A stretch of DNA of 62,944 nt, filler included, from Chiloscyllium plagiosum (GCF_004010195.1; 5 parts of one record of this genome joined end to end with filler, not necessarily neighbours in it), one strand, 5' to 3'. Counted from the first letter of the whole stretch, positions 1 to 12,900 are shown. Program-made: numbers and translations. Notes: a model not told the origin generated them from the letters alone.

Positions 1-270
1 TGTCCGGACTTGTCCGACCTGCCCAGTTCCTTTTCCACCTATCCACTCCACCCTCTCCTCCCTGACCTATCACCTTCATCTCCTCCCCCACTGACCTATT
101 GTACTCTATGCTACTCTTTCCCCATCCCCACCCTCCTCTAGCTTATCTCTCCACGCTTCAGGCTCTCTGCCTTTATTCCTGATGAAAGGCTTTTGCCCGA
201 AACGTCGATTTTGCCTGTCCTCGGATGCTGCCTGAACTGCTGTGCTCTTCCAGCACCACTGATCCAGAAT
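1..270 (+). mobile_element. Penelope-like element 3' end / pseudo-LTR (family A) with hammerhead-like core
   Basis: C-rich tail followed by CTGATGA-A-AGGC-TTTT-GCCC-GAAA-CGTC at 179-206. Positions 98-270 are near-identical to 30118-30290, and the same kind of tail follows the GIY-YIG region at about 16190. Confidence 0.85.
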
Positions 271-668
271 GTTGCCCTCTCAAAGTTATCCGCCCGACAT
301 CATGAATCATCTGTGTTTTGTAGCCAGGTAGAAATGTTGATTAACTGTCTTCTATACCCTTGACTCTATTTATCTTGTAATTAAAAAACTTAACCTATAA
401 CCATTTATAAAACCTGATATTCCTAACATCTCCCTACGAGGATTAGAATACAACAACCTGCTGACCATCAGCACAGCTGCTTTTACCATTGTGTATAGAT
501 GTGCAAACCATGGAAGTCAATCTGGGCCTCACTGTCACCCTGGTAACCAAACCACACAGACTTGTTGTCACAGGCTTTTTGAATCAGCACATTTCAAAAG
601 CAAATGTGCAAACTCGTGTGGTAACTGACTGTAATTTTCTCAATGTATAACATGAGAATTCAACTTAC

Positions 669-786
669 TTTCTTATCAATATGATAGGACTTTTGATTTT
701 TTTAATCTTTTCCTCTCCCTTTCTCCCTGACATGGGAAGTCAACCTTCGAACAAATGCTTACAACTTCCTCTTCTCCGATAAGCAT
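669..786 (-). pseudogene. Candidate exon downstream of the ROCK exon (disrupted, or a 24-nt exon using an internal donor)
   Basis: TGTTAG acceptor and AAA|GTAAGT donor; 118 nt, phase 2 to 0, compatible with the upstream exon's phase-2 end. Reads (Q)CLSEKRKL*...*KNQKSYHIDKK with two stops. An alternative donor TT|GTAAGC after 763 avoids the stops. Confidence 0.3.
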
Positions 787-921
787 CTAACAATTCAGAA
801 GTGCTTTAGCAGTCAATCACACAGTTGACACAAATGCCGTAATCATAACTGTTTGTGTTATTTGTGAATTGTACAGAAATGAATAAACAAACTTTCTCCA
901 CCTGTAATTTATAGGCAGAAG

Positions 922-1134
922 CGTCATAGAGATGTACAGCATTGAAACAAACCCTTTCGCCCAACCCGTCCATGCCAAACAGATATCCCAACCCAATCTA
1001 GTCCCACTTGCCAGCACCCACCATGCCCCTCATATATTTGTAAACCTCTGTAAGGTCACCCTTTCGCCCAACCCGTCCATGCCAAACAGATATCCCAACC
1101 CAATCTAGTCCCACTTGCCAGCACCCACCATGCC
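922..1134 (-). mobile_element. CR1 LINE 3'-end fragment with an internal 77-bp direct duplication
   Basis: Same GTCATAGAGATGTACAGC end as the copy at about 16579, and similar to those at 2840 and 42566. Positions 951-1027 are repeated exactly at 1058-1134. Confidence 0.8.
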
Positions 1135-1220
1135 TGAAGAAGGGCTAATGCCCGAAACGTCAATTCTCCTGTTCCCTAGATGCTGCCTGACCTGCTGCGC
1201 TTTTCCAGCAACACATTTCC
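1134..1220 (+). mobile_element. Penelope family-A tail fragment beginning at the hammerhead core
   Basis: CTGAAGA-A-GGGC-TAAT-GCCC-GAAA-CGTC at 1134-1161, followed by the GATGCTGCCTGACCTGCTG tail. Confidence 0.75.
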
Positions 1221-2371
1221 AACCTTCTTCGCTGTCCACTACATCTCCAATTTTGGTCACTTCCACTTTGTGGAAGTACTTGCTAATTGTGTGGTCGTAA
1301 ATGTGGCTTGAGGATCAGGTTAAGCAGCCATGCAAGGAGTCACAGAATTTCTAAGGGGACAACCATACTCATTGGCAAGTGATTCCCAAAGACAATATAT
1401 AAAAGTGAGATGAATTATCTGAACTTGATACGTAAGCCTTCGTTGATAGCGATTGCTGACAGGTGAGTGGTAGTGTGGTGATTTGAGTAGTGTCTGAGGC
1501 CAGTGGTGTGATTGAAAGCATATCGTTGTTAGAGTTAACTTAAGCATGAGGTCATATGCCATCTTACAGCACTGTACCCGCTCATGGCTCAACTCCTGAC
1601 ACTGACAACAAAGCACATGTCAGGAAGGCCTCTCAACCTGAAAGTGTGCATTTCTCCTATTTTCTACCAAATCTCCAGTGATTGCCAGTCTGCTCCAGCC
1701 ACAACTCACCTTGTCTATATGACGTGCAGGTTGGATTTAAACAAAGCATGTTAGCTTTAAGTAGTGCTAGAAAGAAAAGGATTTTGTGCTCTCTGCCGAT
1801 GCATGCAGCGACCACTCCAGTAAGATTGGAGTTAGTAAGCTACCTGAATGACATTAAACAGGCATAGGTTAAGTATGCATTGCTATAATAGTTATCCAAC
1901 ATAATTTCCAGAATCTCAGCAAAAGAAGAAATTCGAGGTGAAAGAGAGAAAACTTTTACCTATGTTTATTAAAAAAATAACTTTTTGATTTTGAGCACTA
2001 CTGGCAATAAATACTGACAAGCACATGTATCTGGTATCCACCAGAATATTTATATAATAAGGGTAGTATTTCAAAATTTGTAACACGTATAACACATGCA
2101 AACAAATTTAGTTTATTTCTAATTCGTTTAAATAAAGACAGTTAGCACTTAATTTTAAAAAAAACTAAAAACAACTGGAAACTGAGGTTGATGCTACAAG
2201 AATAAAAAACATGAAGGAAATGTTAATTCCTGCCAAGAATTTTACCTAGGAATTTCAAACTGTTAATTTAGTGAAGACAGAAAAAGAAAGAAACAAATGG
2301 ATCAATTAAACAGTCCCACACTCAAATAAAATGCTTAATTAATTTCAGGTATGAATCTTCAAAAATACTCA

Positions 2372-2560
<189 letters not shown>

Positions 2561-2839
2561 TTATTAATTTAAAATAGTTTAGAAAAAAAGATGAGATGAC
2601 TTTTCTGTTTTAGGTAGGGGCCAGAAGAGAATTAATCCTAGGAACTCTGGCTTTGATATCCTGTTGGAGATTTGTGAAAGTAGACTGAGCTTGCTAAAGC
2701 ATAACCACCCCATAACATGAGCTCTCAGACAGTACAAGAACAACTTTATTGATCTCATAAGGCTAAACAAAGTGATTGAAAATACGATTTCACATGGGTA
2801 TCCTGTAAGGATGACATAAACTTGAATATTTCAAATACT

Positions 2840-4300
2840 CAGTCATAGAACTGTACAGCTTGGAAACAGACCCTTCCGCCCAACTTGTGCCTACCAATCA
2901 CATATTCCAAAGTCATCCAATACCATTTGCCAGCATTTGGCCCATATCCCTCTAAACCTTTCCTACTCATGTACCCATCCAGATGCCTTTTAAATGTTGC
3001 AAATTGTTCCAGCCTCTACCACTTCCTCTGGCAGCTCATTCCATGCATGCACCATCCTCTGTGTGAAAATGTTATCCTTCAGGTCCATTTTAAAGCTTTC
3101 CCCTCTCACCTTAAACCTATGCCCTCTAGTTCTGGGCTCCCCCACCTCGGGAATAAGACCTTGTCTATTTACCCTATCCATGCCCCTCCTGATTTTATAA
3201 ACCTCTATAAGGTCACCCCTCAGCCTCCAGAGCTCCAGGGAAAACAGCTCCCAGCCAATTCAGCCTTTCCCTATAGCGCGACCTCTCCAACCCTAGCAAC
3301 ATCCTTATAAATCTTTCTGAACCCTTTCAAGTTCCATTACATCCTATAGCAGGGAGACCAGAATTGAGCACTGTATTCTCAAAGTGGCATAACCAATGTG
3401 CTGTACAGCCACAACATGAACTTCCAACTCCTATACTCAATAAAGGAAAGCATACCAAATGCCTTCTTCATGATCCTGTCTACCTGCAACTCCATTTTCG
3501 ACTCCAGTCTCACTGTTCAGCAACACTCTCCAGGACCTTACTATAAAGTGTATAAGTCATGCCCTGATTTGCCTTTCCAAAATGTAGTACCTCACATTTA
3601 TCTAAATTAAACACCATCTGCCATTCCTCAGCCATTGGCCCATCTGATCAAGGTTTTGTTGTACTCTGAGTTAATTTTCTTTGCTGTCCGCTACACCTCC
3701 AATTTTGGTGTCATCTGCAAACTTACTAACCATACCTCCTGTGTTCACATCCAAATCATTTATTTAAATTACGAAAAGCAGTGGACCCACCACCGATCCT
3801 CGTGGCACACCACTGGTCACAGTCCTCCAGTCTGAAAAGCAATTCTCCACCACCTTCTGCCTCCTATCTTCGAGCCAGTTTTGTATTAAAATGTCTGGCT
3901 GTCCCTGTATTCCAAGTGATCTAACCTTGCTTACCAGCCCGAGGAACCTTGTCGCATACCTTACTGAAGTCCATAGAGATCATGTCCACTGCTCTGCTTT
4001 CATCAGTTTTCTTTGTTACTTCTTCAAAAAACTCAGTCAAATTAGTGAGACATGATTTCCCACACACAAAGCCATGTTGACTGTCCCGAATCAGTCCTTG
4101 CCTTTCCAAATACATCTAAATCCAGTTCCTTAAGATCCCCTCCAACAACTTGCCCACCACTGATGTCAGGCTCACTGTTCTACAGTTCCCTGTTTTTTCC
4201 TTACCAACTTTCTTAAATAGTGACGTCACGTTACCCAACCTCCAGACTTCTGGTACCTCACTTGTGGCTATTGATGATGTAAATATCTCAACAAGGGGTC
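2840..4300 (-). mobile_element. CR1 LINE, 5'-truncated, decayed ORF2 RT and 3' end
   Basis: ORF remnants SQHGFVCGKSCLTNLTEFFEEVTK...DFSKVCDKVP and RTRGHRFKVRGE...FTQRMVHAWNELPEEVVEAGT. Confidence 0.93.
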
Positions 4301-4686
4301 CACGTGCTACATCTCGCTGTGTAACTTCATGGGTGGTAAGAACTCCATGCTTTTAACACAAAATCTGTAGAACCCATTTCCTACCTTGTTAATTTATTAG
4401 CATCACTTGGATACCTCAAGGTAGAAACTGTATGCTGCCAATGTGTTGACGTACACTCACTGCATAGAGTAAATTGTCCATTTACAGTCTGATTGGTCAT
4501 CTCCAGAGCTAGTTTGACTGATAGCAATGTCCAATTTCAGGACTTTTGGCAGTTGCCATTATGTAAGTGACAGAGGAAGAGGACATAAGAGTGGAGATGA
4601 CAAAAGCTACCATATCTCTGTTAATGGGAGAATACCTTGGTTCCTTTAGCTCCAATGACATTTAAAAACATTTGCCTATTTCAATG

Positions 4687-5035
4687 AGGTAGCACAGTGG
4701 CTCAGTGGTTTGCATTGCTGCCTCACAGCACCAGGGACCCGGCTTTGATTCCACCCTCGGACGACTGTCTATGTAAATTTTGCACATTTTCCCATTTTTG
4801 CAAAAGTTTCCTCCAAGTGCTTCAGTTTCCTCCCATTGTCCAAAGATGCACAGGTTAGGTGGATTGGTCATGCTACATTGCCCATAGAATACAGGGGTAT
4901 GCAGGCTAAGTGGATTAGCCATGGAAAATATGGGGTTACAGAGATAGGGTTGGGGTGTGGGTCTGGTTGGGATGGTCTTTGGAGGGCCAGTATGGATTTG
5001 ATGGGCCAAATGGCCTGCTTCCACAGGGATTCTAA
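4687..5035 (+). mobile_element. tRNA-derived V-SINE (HE1-like)
   Basis: A-box-like GTGGCTCAGTGG, B-box-like TTTGATTCC, and the central TTTCCTCCCA..GTCCAAAGATG..CAGGTTAGGTGGATTGG domain. Confidence 0.85.
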
Positions 5036-6287
5036 ATGTGGTAGTCACTGGAGAGACCCCAGCTGCATACTAAAAATTGCAAAAATATCATTCATTCAGC
5101 GAAGCCTAATTTCCAATAAGGGTCTTTACCACTGGCATGAGGTTCCATATAGGTATTTGTACTGGGGCTAATGCCTGTTTAGGTGGCCTCCCGGGTACCT
5201 GAAAATGTTTCTATTTCTGTGTGGCTTTCTCAGGGATTGTGAAGCTACCCAAAGGCAGTATCATTCAATTCCTGGAGTGTTCTATTAGGATCAGTACTTC
5301 TTTGATTGATCATCAATGATGTCATATGAGTGTCACAGCCCAAGAACCAGTCATCCTCAGAAGCTGCTACTCTACTGCACCTGTGTGTTTGTTCTCTCAG
5401 GAAACAATTAGGGAATGCAAGCATCCAACACATTGTCTCAGAGAGCTGTTGGAGCTTAATGCCTCAAGCCAAAGAGACTAGTTGTGGGGTTGGAGTGCCA
5501 AAGTGATGAAATGAGTTACATTTTCATGGCTAAGTGTTAATGGTAAAATGTGATACTGTAAAGAAGCTTGGGAAGAGATTTAAAGTCAAGGGAAAGATAA
5601 AGTTCACCATCTTTCCTGTGTAAATCCAAGAAGTGTAAAGACAAGTCATAAACACCTCGCTGCAAGCCCCATGATAATTCCTTTAAATAGCACTAATGGA
5701 TGATAGTCTCTCATGCAGATAAATGCATATTCAACCATAACATCTAACAGGGAAAACAAAACGATACAGATCAGGAGCCACTGAAGATGCTGTTTAACCT
5801 CACAATCTGCACACTTCCATCTCAGGCACATCAGATTGATGTCAGCACCTTTCAGATACGATCTGGCAGAAAGTGGTTGTGCAGATCCTGTCTGAGTTCT
5901 CAGTTTCCCATTGCACTCAATAGTCAAATTTCATCGCTTGAATACCTTCAATACATGAAATACCACAACTACTATTGGAAATTAAACCACCTTCTAACTG
6001 TTCCCTGTATGAACTTTTCATTCTCAAAATAATTAACTCTCACTCCATTCATAATTCATTGCTATCTGCTTAACTGATAATCTGACTAGTACTGTTAATT
6101 CATCTTGGGTTCAGTTCCCATCACCACCAGAGGTTACCATGAATGATTCTCCTTCTCAACCTTTCTCCTTGCCTGGGGTATAGTGGCCCTCAGGTTAACT
6201 CACTAATGGTCATCTCTCTCCAACGCGAGAGAGCAGCCCCATGGTGTGGTAAGATAATAGTGACACAACAAATGTCTCAGTTTTTTA

Positions 6288-6870
6288 AATTAAAAATCAC
6301 ACAACACCAGGTTATAGTCCAACAAGTTTATTTGGAAGTACAAACTTTCAGAGCACTGCTCCTTCATCAAGTAGCTAGTGGGGCAAGGTCATAGGACACA
6401 GAATTTATAACCAAAAGATCATAGTGTCATACAACTTATGTGATGTCTTGAACAAACCTAGATCACTGTTAAGTCTTTAATCACTTAGAATGGGGATGCA
6501 GGTTTCAATTGATTGTGCGCTTTTTGAATACAATAGAATGTATCTGCAAATAGAAATCTGCAAATGCAAATTCACCTCATACACGTATATATGTGTGTGT
6601 GTGAGAGAGAGAGAGAGACAGAGAGAGTGTGTGTGTGTGTGAGTGTGTAAGAGTGCGTGTGTATGTGTGCTTGTGTGTGTGTGAGTGTATAGTGTAGTGG
6701 GGTCACCTGTAGTGTGACATGAACCCAAGATCCCAGTTGAGGCCATCCCCATGGGTAACAATCTTGGCTATCAGCCTCTGCTTGATGACTCTGCGTTGTT
6801 GCATATCTTGAAGTTCGCCTTGGAGGATGGTCACCTGAAGATCCAAGGCCGGATGTCCATGAGCACTGAA
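6288..6870 (-). mobile_element. Penelope-like element (family B) 3' fragment with CA/GA microsatellite
   Basis: GIY-YIG C-terminal remnant, homologous to 8073-8935. Degenerate hammerhead TTGATGA-A-GGAGCAGTGCTC-TGAAA near 6345-6372. Confidence 0.8.
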
Positions 6871-7099
6871 AAATTAACATTTAAAGTCTAGTGACCTTCT
6901 TCAGAACTGCTAAGTTAGGATCTGAGAGCACTGAGGAAGACAGATTCTAATAGGCAAGGGAGGTAGAGAAATTAACGCAACCAATGTCACGTGAGCAGTT
7001 CTCAGTGAGTAAATCGAGTTCAGGTAAAAGGTCAAAAGGAGGGCTCCAGGTGAAGGGAGAAGGTTTGAGGTGGGTGAAGAGGCCTGTTGGACAGGGAAG

Positions 7100-7440
7100 G
7101 GGTGGCACAGTGTCTCAGTGGTTAGCACTGCTGCCTCACACCACCAGGGACCCAGGTTCGATTCCAGCCTTGGGCAACTGTCTGTGTGGAGTTTACACGT
7201 TTTCCCCGTTTCTGTATGGGTTTTCTCCGGGTGCTCCAGTTTCCTCCCACAGTCCAAAGATGTACCTGTTAGGTGGATTGGCCATGCTAAATTGTCCATA
7301 GTGTCCAGGGATGAGCAGGCTAGGCACATTGGACATGGGGGATGCAGGGATGGGAGGATGGATCTGGAGGGACACTTTTCAGATGGTGGGTTTGGACTCG
7401 ATGGGCCAAATGGTCTCCTCCATACTGTAGGCATTCTAAA
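7100..7440 (+). mobile_element. tRNA-derived V-SINE (HE1-like)
   Basis: CAGTGGTTAGCACTGCTGCCTCAC head, GGTTCGATTCC B-box and V-domain. Confidence 0.9.
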
Positions 7441-8072
7441 TAAGGACGGACGCAGAGACGATGGAAGAAGAGTTCAATGTCACATTGTGCACGAAATCGT
7501 TGAGACTGGGCGCAAAGGAATAAAACTAAGACCTTTGCTGAGTACAGAATATTCTGTTTCAGTGAGGGGAAGACCAGAAGGGATAGTAAATATTCGACAA
7601 GAGGTGGGATTATGAGAAGGGGTGGAGACAGAGGGAAGAGGAGGGGAAGAATGTTCCAGAGGGGCGTAAATATCTCTGAATTGTTACAGCCTTTGTTCCT
7701 TAAAGCCTGAAAGAGAGAGAACATTTCTTGTTAGAACAATGAACGGGTTCAAGAATGAAATAGACTGTAGGTGGCAGAGTAGCTCTGAGATAGCATGAGG
7801 AAGGGCTGCTGGAGAGAGACATCAAGAGTTTGCTTATGGTGAAGCATTCCACTGAGTGTGGATCTCAGGATGCAGCCAGAACAGCTGTCTGAGGAACGGT
7901 GTACATCACAGAGATACCTGTTATCCTGGGTGGATTCAAATCACAAAGAATGAACCTTCAACTTAAAAAGACATAGGGTGAGTCTAAGCTGGAGGCAGTC
8001 ACCGGGGAATGAAATGTAGCTATGGAAGCAAGTGCTGGCAAATACCCTGTCAAACACCAAGAGCAAAAACAA

Positions 8073-8935
8073 AGTTAAAAATCACACAACACCAAGTTAT
8101 TATCCAACATGTTTATTTGGACGTACATTGCTTCTTCATCAGGTAGTTGGTGGGACAGGACCATAGGACACAGAATTTATAGTAAAAGATCAAAGTGTCG
8201 TACAACTGAAGCGATATATTGAACAGACCTAGATTAAGTCTTAAATCACTTCGAACGGGATTGCAGGTTTCGATTCATTCATATGTAAATCCGAAAACTT
8301 CTTTCAAGTCAAAATCCTGAGATAACTTAAAGTTTTATGGAAAAAACGTGACATCTAAGCTCAGACAATGCATTAAGGGCATGAGGTTAGATTCTATCAA
8401 TATCCCAACCTTGAATCAGACTGGTTCTATTTCCAAAGTCAGAATTGATATAAAAAAATCACATAGACTGACTGCCTACAGATTGTGTGCTTTTTGAACA
8501 AAACAGAATGTATCTGCAAATGCAACTCTACAAATGCAAATTCACCCCATAGACCTATATGTATGTGTGCATGCGTGTGTGTGTGCATGTGGGGAAGTGA
8601 GAGAGAGAGTGTGTGTATGTGTGCACGAGTGTGATGGAGTATATACCTGTGAGAGAATGCACGCGCATGTGTGTGAGAGAGAGAGAGAGCATATATATGA
8701 GAGAAGGTCTATGTGAGTGTGATCTTGTGTAAGGATGTGTGTATATGTGTACTTGTGTGTGAGAGTGGGGTCACCTGTGGTGTGACATGAACCCAAGGTC
8801 CCAGTTGAGGCCATCCCCATGGCTACCGAACTTGGCTATCAGCCTCTGCTCGGCAACTCTGCATTGTTGCTTATCCCAAAGTCTGCCTTGGAGGACGGTC
8901 ACCCAATGTTCAGAGGCCAAATGCCCTCGACCACA
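8073..8935 (-). mobile_element. Penelope-like element (family B) 3' fragment
   Basis: VTVLQGRLWDKQQCRVAEQRLIAKFGSHGDGLN (GIY-YIG C-terminal E...GLN motif), microsatellite-rich 3' UTR, same terminus as 6288 and about 50700. Confidence 0.85.
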
Positions 8936-10534
8936 AAAACGCAAGTAATGATGGTGAACCAGAAAAATGATTAAAATGGAAATGCTGTCAGAGAGAGGAG
9001 CAGGATTTCTACAAGATGGCTGTAACTGGAAGAGAGAGGTGGCAATGACTTTCACACTAAATTGAAACAAATATCTGTGGATGCTGAAAAACTGAAACAA
9101 ACAGTAAATCTTTTTCAGGACTCACAATGGTAGCTCTGCTTTCTCTCCACAGATGCTGCCAGACCTACTGAGTTTCTCCAGTAATTTCTGTTCTTGATGT
9201 GTCAAGTTTAGTTCAGTTCTTCCTGGAAGGTCTTGGAGGGGGTGTATTTGCTATTTTTGTCCGGGAATTTTCAGAAATTATAATAATCATTCCTTGGGTG
9301 GATTCATTCAGATGTCTATGACCGTGGACTCCGTAGATCGTAACGATAGAGTCATTAGCCGAGTAGGGAATCACATCGATTTGCAAATCTCTATTTAATT
9401 GTGTATCATGAATCATAATTATTTCCCCGTTGATTACCTAAAACACTCTTTCCAAAAAGTAACAGTGGCTCTCTGTCCTAATGAACAAAAGGCATTGTGT
9501 TACCTTTTTATTCATCCTGATTCTAGGCCAGCTTTCCAGCAGTATTAGTTTCCAGCTCAACTGCATGATAATGGAGGTGCTCCAAGAAGGTGATACCTCA
9601 AATAGCTCAAAGACATCTGTCAGGTCTGCTGTGGGGAAAATGAATACAGAATATCAAGCTATTTCCCAGAGTTCGATGCGCTGTGCTAAAATCGAACTTG
9701 GTCACTGATGAGAGAAACTGAAGAATCCTCTTGGTTTGCATAAAGGTTGGAGATGAAGGTAAAATCACTGTTTGGATAATGATAACCATAACTTTGGTTA
9801 ATTTTTCCTTTCATTTTATTTCTTTTAAGTTAGCTGAGGATTTCCAATCACTTCAGTATGTGAGTAAATATACCCAATTGATTGAAACATATTAACAAGA
9901 GAACCAGAATGAAAATTGCTGGCCGATTCCAACCATGATCGAAGTCCAGTGTGCCTAATGTTCTTGTATGGTTTCGACCCAGGCATAGCAGATATAAATG
10001 TGCAATTTATATGTAAATTCCAAAATCGTATAACATAGATGTCTGCAGTGCACTAGTGAGAATTTTACTCTTTCAAGTGCAAATGGTATAAACTGAGACA
10101 TGCAATTTTATAAATGAAGAAAATATGGCTACATAAGGAAATTCTTACATAATCTAGCTGAAGCCAGGTCTTTGGCCAACTGAGAGATGTGTTGACATTT
10201 AATCCTGAGCCATTTTTCCACAGTTTTTGGCGGTGGTGGTTTGCCATTACCTTCATTCATATATTACTTTCTGGAGACAAGTTTGAATTAACAACTAATG
10301 GGAAGATGAGGCTCCATGACTATCTCCAATGCTCAACAATGGTAGCGGCCAACACTTTACTGTATAATACATCAGTGAACTATTGAGCCAAAAGTGCTGA
10401 GTGTGGTAACCTTATCCTGAAGGAAAATGGGAGAAAAGAGAAAGGAGTCCTGGCCTTATTGAAATCAACAGGACTCATGGGAAAATTGTTCACTGGTTGG
10501 AGTTATACAGGGCACAAAGTAAAATGGCAATAGA

Positions 10535-11095
10535 GCATAGAACATAGAACATTACAGCCCAGTACACGCCTTTCAGCCCACGATGTTGTACTGACCTATG
10601 GAACCAATCTGAAGCCAGTCTAACCTACACTATTTCATTTTCATCCATATGTTTATCGAATAACCATTTAAATGCCCTTAAAGTTGGCATGTCTACAACT
10701 GATGCAGGCAGGGCATTCCACGCCCTTGCTACTCTCTGAGTAAAGAAACTACTTCTGGCATCTGTTCTATATCTATCACCCCTCAATTTAAAGCTATATC
10801 CCCTCATGCTAGCCATCACCATCCAAAAAAAAAGGCTCTCATTGCCCACCCTACCAAATCCTCTGATCACCTTATATGTCTCTATTAAGATACCTCTCAA
10901 CTTTCTTCTCTCTAACGAAAACAGCTTCTAGTCCCTCAGCCTTTCCTCATAAGACCTTCCGTCCATACCAGACAACATCCTAGTAAATCTCCTCTGCACC
11001 CTTTCCACATCCTTCTTATAATGTGGCGACCAGAACTGTACACAATACTCCAAGTGTGGCTGCACCAGAGTTTTGTACAACTGCAACATGGTTTT
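10535..11095 (-). mobile_element. CR1 LINE 3' fragment
   Basis: RGILIETYKVIRG...FFTQRVARAWNALPASVV; CATAGAA tail repeats at about 10536-10550. Confidence 0.9.
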
Positions 11096-11096
11096 T

Positions 11097-11875
11097 GCAG
11101 GCCAACTATCATCTCAGCCACATGGCTTTGCTGTAGGATTTCTTCAGGGTAGTTTACTAATCCAAGGTTCATCAGTTGTTTCCTCAATGACCTCCCTCCA
11201 GCATATGTTTGGATGACATTTGATGATGATTGCAACAGGATTCAATTCCATTCGTAATTATTCAGAATGTCAAACTGTGCATGCCCCACGGCTCCAGACC
11301 TGGACATTATCCAGATTTTGCTGTTAAATTCTAAATGCATATGTGCCAAGCAATAACCTTGTCTAACAATGCAGTTAATGTCACTACCAGCATGAAATCC
11401 TGCACCATCAATAGCCTGGGATGTCACCATGAACTAGAAAGTTAACCATGTCAGCCACATAAGCACTGTGGATACAAAAGCAATAAATTCTGAGGTTGGC
11501 GCTTTTGATCTACATGATACATGTCAGAAACTTGATATTGTTCAGGACTAAACAGTATAATTGTTCCCATTCGCCATCTTAAATATTCACTGCCTTCATC
11601 ACTGACTGACACTAACAGCAGTGTGCACCACCTACAAGAGGCACTGCAGCAATTCACCAAGCCTCCATAACTAACACTTTATAAACCTACTTCCTCCAAC
11701 ACCAAGAAAAGGAAAGGTAACAGATGCATGAGAACACCATTATCTGCAAGTTGCCTTCGAAGTCACATTCCATTCTGACTTGGAACTATATTGGCCTTCC
11801 TTTTCTGTCACTGAATCAAAATGCTGCTGCTCCTAAATGGAAGACATTGCGGGAGTACCACACCCACACGGACTG
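11097..11875 (+). mobile_element. Old CR1/L2-clade LINE fragment
   Basis: Decayed RT 3' half (CAGGGTAGT..ACTA...ATCAGTTGTTTCCTCAATGACCTCCC), resembling the 21-22.4 kb copy in opposite orientation. Confidence 0.6.
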
Positions 11876-12479
11876 CAGCAGATTGGTTCCATAGGTCAGC
11901 ACAACATCGACGCCCGAAGGGACTGTACTGCGCTGTCTATGTTCTATTACCATTTTACTTTGTGCGAGGTATAACTCCAACCAGTGAACAATTTTCCCAT
12001 GAGTCCTGTTGATTTCAATAATCCTATAACATACATGTCTGCAGTGCACTAATGAGAATTTTACTCTTTCAAGTGCAAATGGTATAAACTAATACATACA
12101 ATTTTATAAATGAAGAAAGTATGGCTACAGAGGGAAATTCTTTCATACTCAAGCTGAAGCTAGATCTTTGGCTGATTGGTAGATGTGTTGACTTTTAATC
12201 CTGAGCTATTTTTCCACAATTTTCTTCCTCTTTTCCTTCAAGATAAGGTTACCACACTCTGCACTTCTGGCTCAATAGTTCACTGATGTATTATGCAGTT
12301 AAATGCTGGCCACTAGCATTGTTGAACATTGGAGATAGTCATGGAGCCTTATCTTCCCAGTAGTTGTTAATTCAAACTTGTCTCCAGAAACATCTTCACA
12401 AGTTAGGAATGGCCTTGCCAACAAAACCTGATTCTATGATTGAACAAAGAAATTAATAATTCCAGTGGCCCAGTCGTAT

Positions 12480-12900
12480 TCCAGTATGAAAAGAATGACC
12501 AAGTTCCAGTTTCACTTCTCATGTAAGTTTTGTTGATGATTCACAGGATCCGGAAGGTTATGCTGAGGAGAAGACTAATGTTGTCATTTCAACATTGAGG
12601 GAATGCTGCAGAGATGCTACCTTTTGAATAAATTATTCATCTCCGGCCAATTCACTCTCTCAGGATTACCTTTAAAAAAAGTTCCTGGGCACTATCCGAA
12701 GAAGAGCAGGTTATTTACCTTATAACCTGGCCAATACTCATCAATCAACTCATGTCACACAACAAATGATGTGATCATTGTCACGTCACTGTCTGTGGGA
12801 ATTTGCTGTGCACAAAATTGGTTCTGGTGATTTCCTGCAATGTAACATGGACAATATTTTAAAGTACTTTATTGATTGTAACAAGCTTTAGAACATTCTG
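12480..12900 (+). mobile_element. Deu-domain SINE (AmnSINE1/SacSINE1-like), decayed
   Basis: GGCACTATCCGAAGAAGAGCAGG...CCTGGCCAATA...CTGTCTGTGGGAATTTGCTGTGCACAAAATTGG resembles the Deu core and tail as I recall them. Confidence 0.6.

Larger units (their letters stand above)
10024..12390. repeat. Shuffled local duplication (A-B-C versus C'-A-B')
   Basis: About 10024-10227 is repeated directly at 12020-12224. About 10268-10432 is inverted at 12225-12390. About 10456-10611 is inverted at 11879-12020. Confidence 0.9.

Noticed and set aside
5646..5745. Possible ROCK kinase-domain exon (DVMVEYAF after a good acceptor)
   Set aside because: There is no real match to the MVMEYMPGGDL region and no good donor before the stop.
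7100..7170. tRNA gene
   Set aside because: It is a tRNA-derived SINE head that continues into the V-domain, with no proper acceptor stem or terminator.
6910..7615. Overlapping 100-180 aa ORFs on both strands
   Set aside because: They are translations of a V-SINE; the same peptides recur at the other SINE copies.
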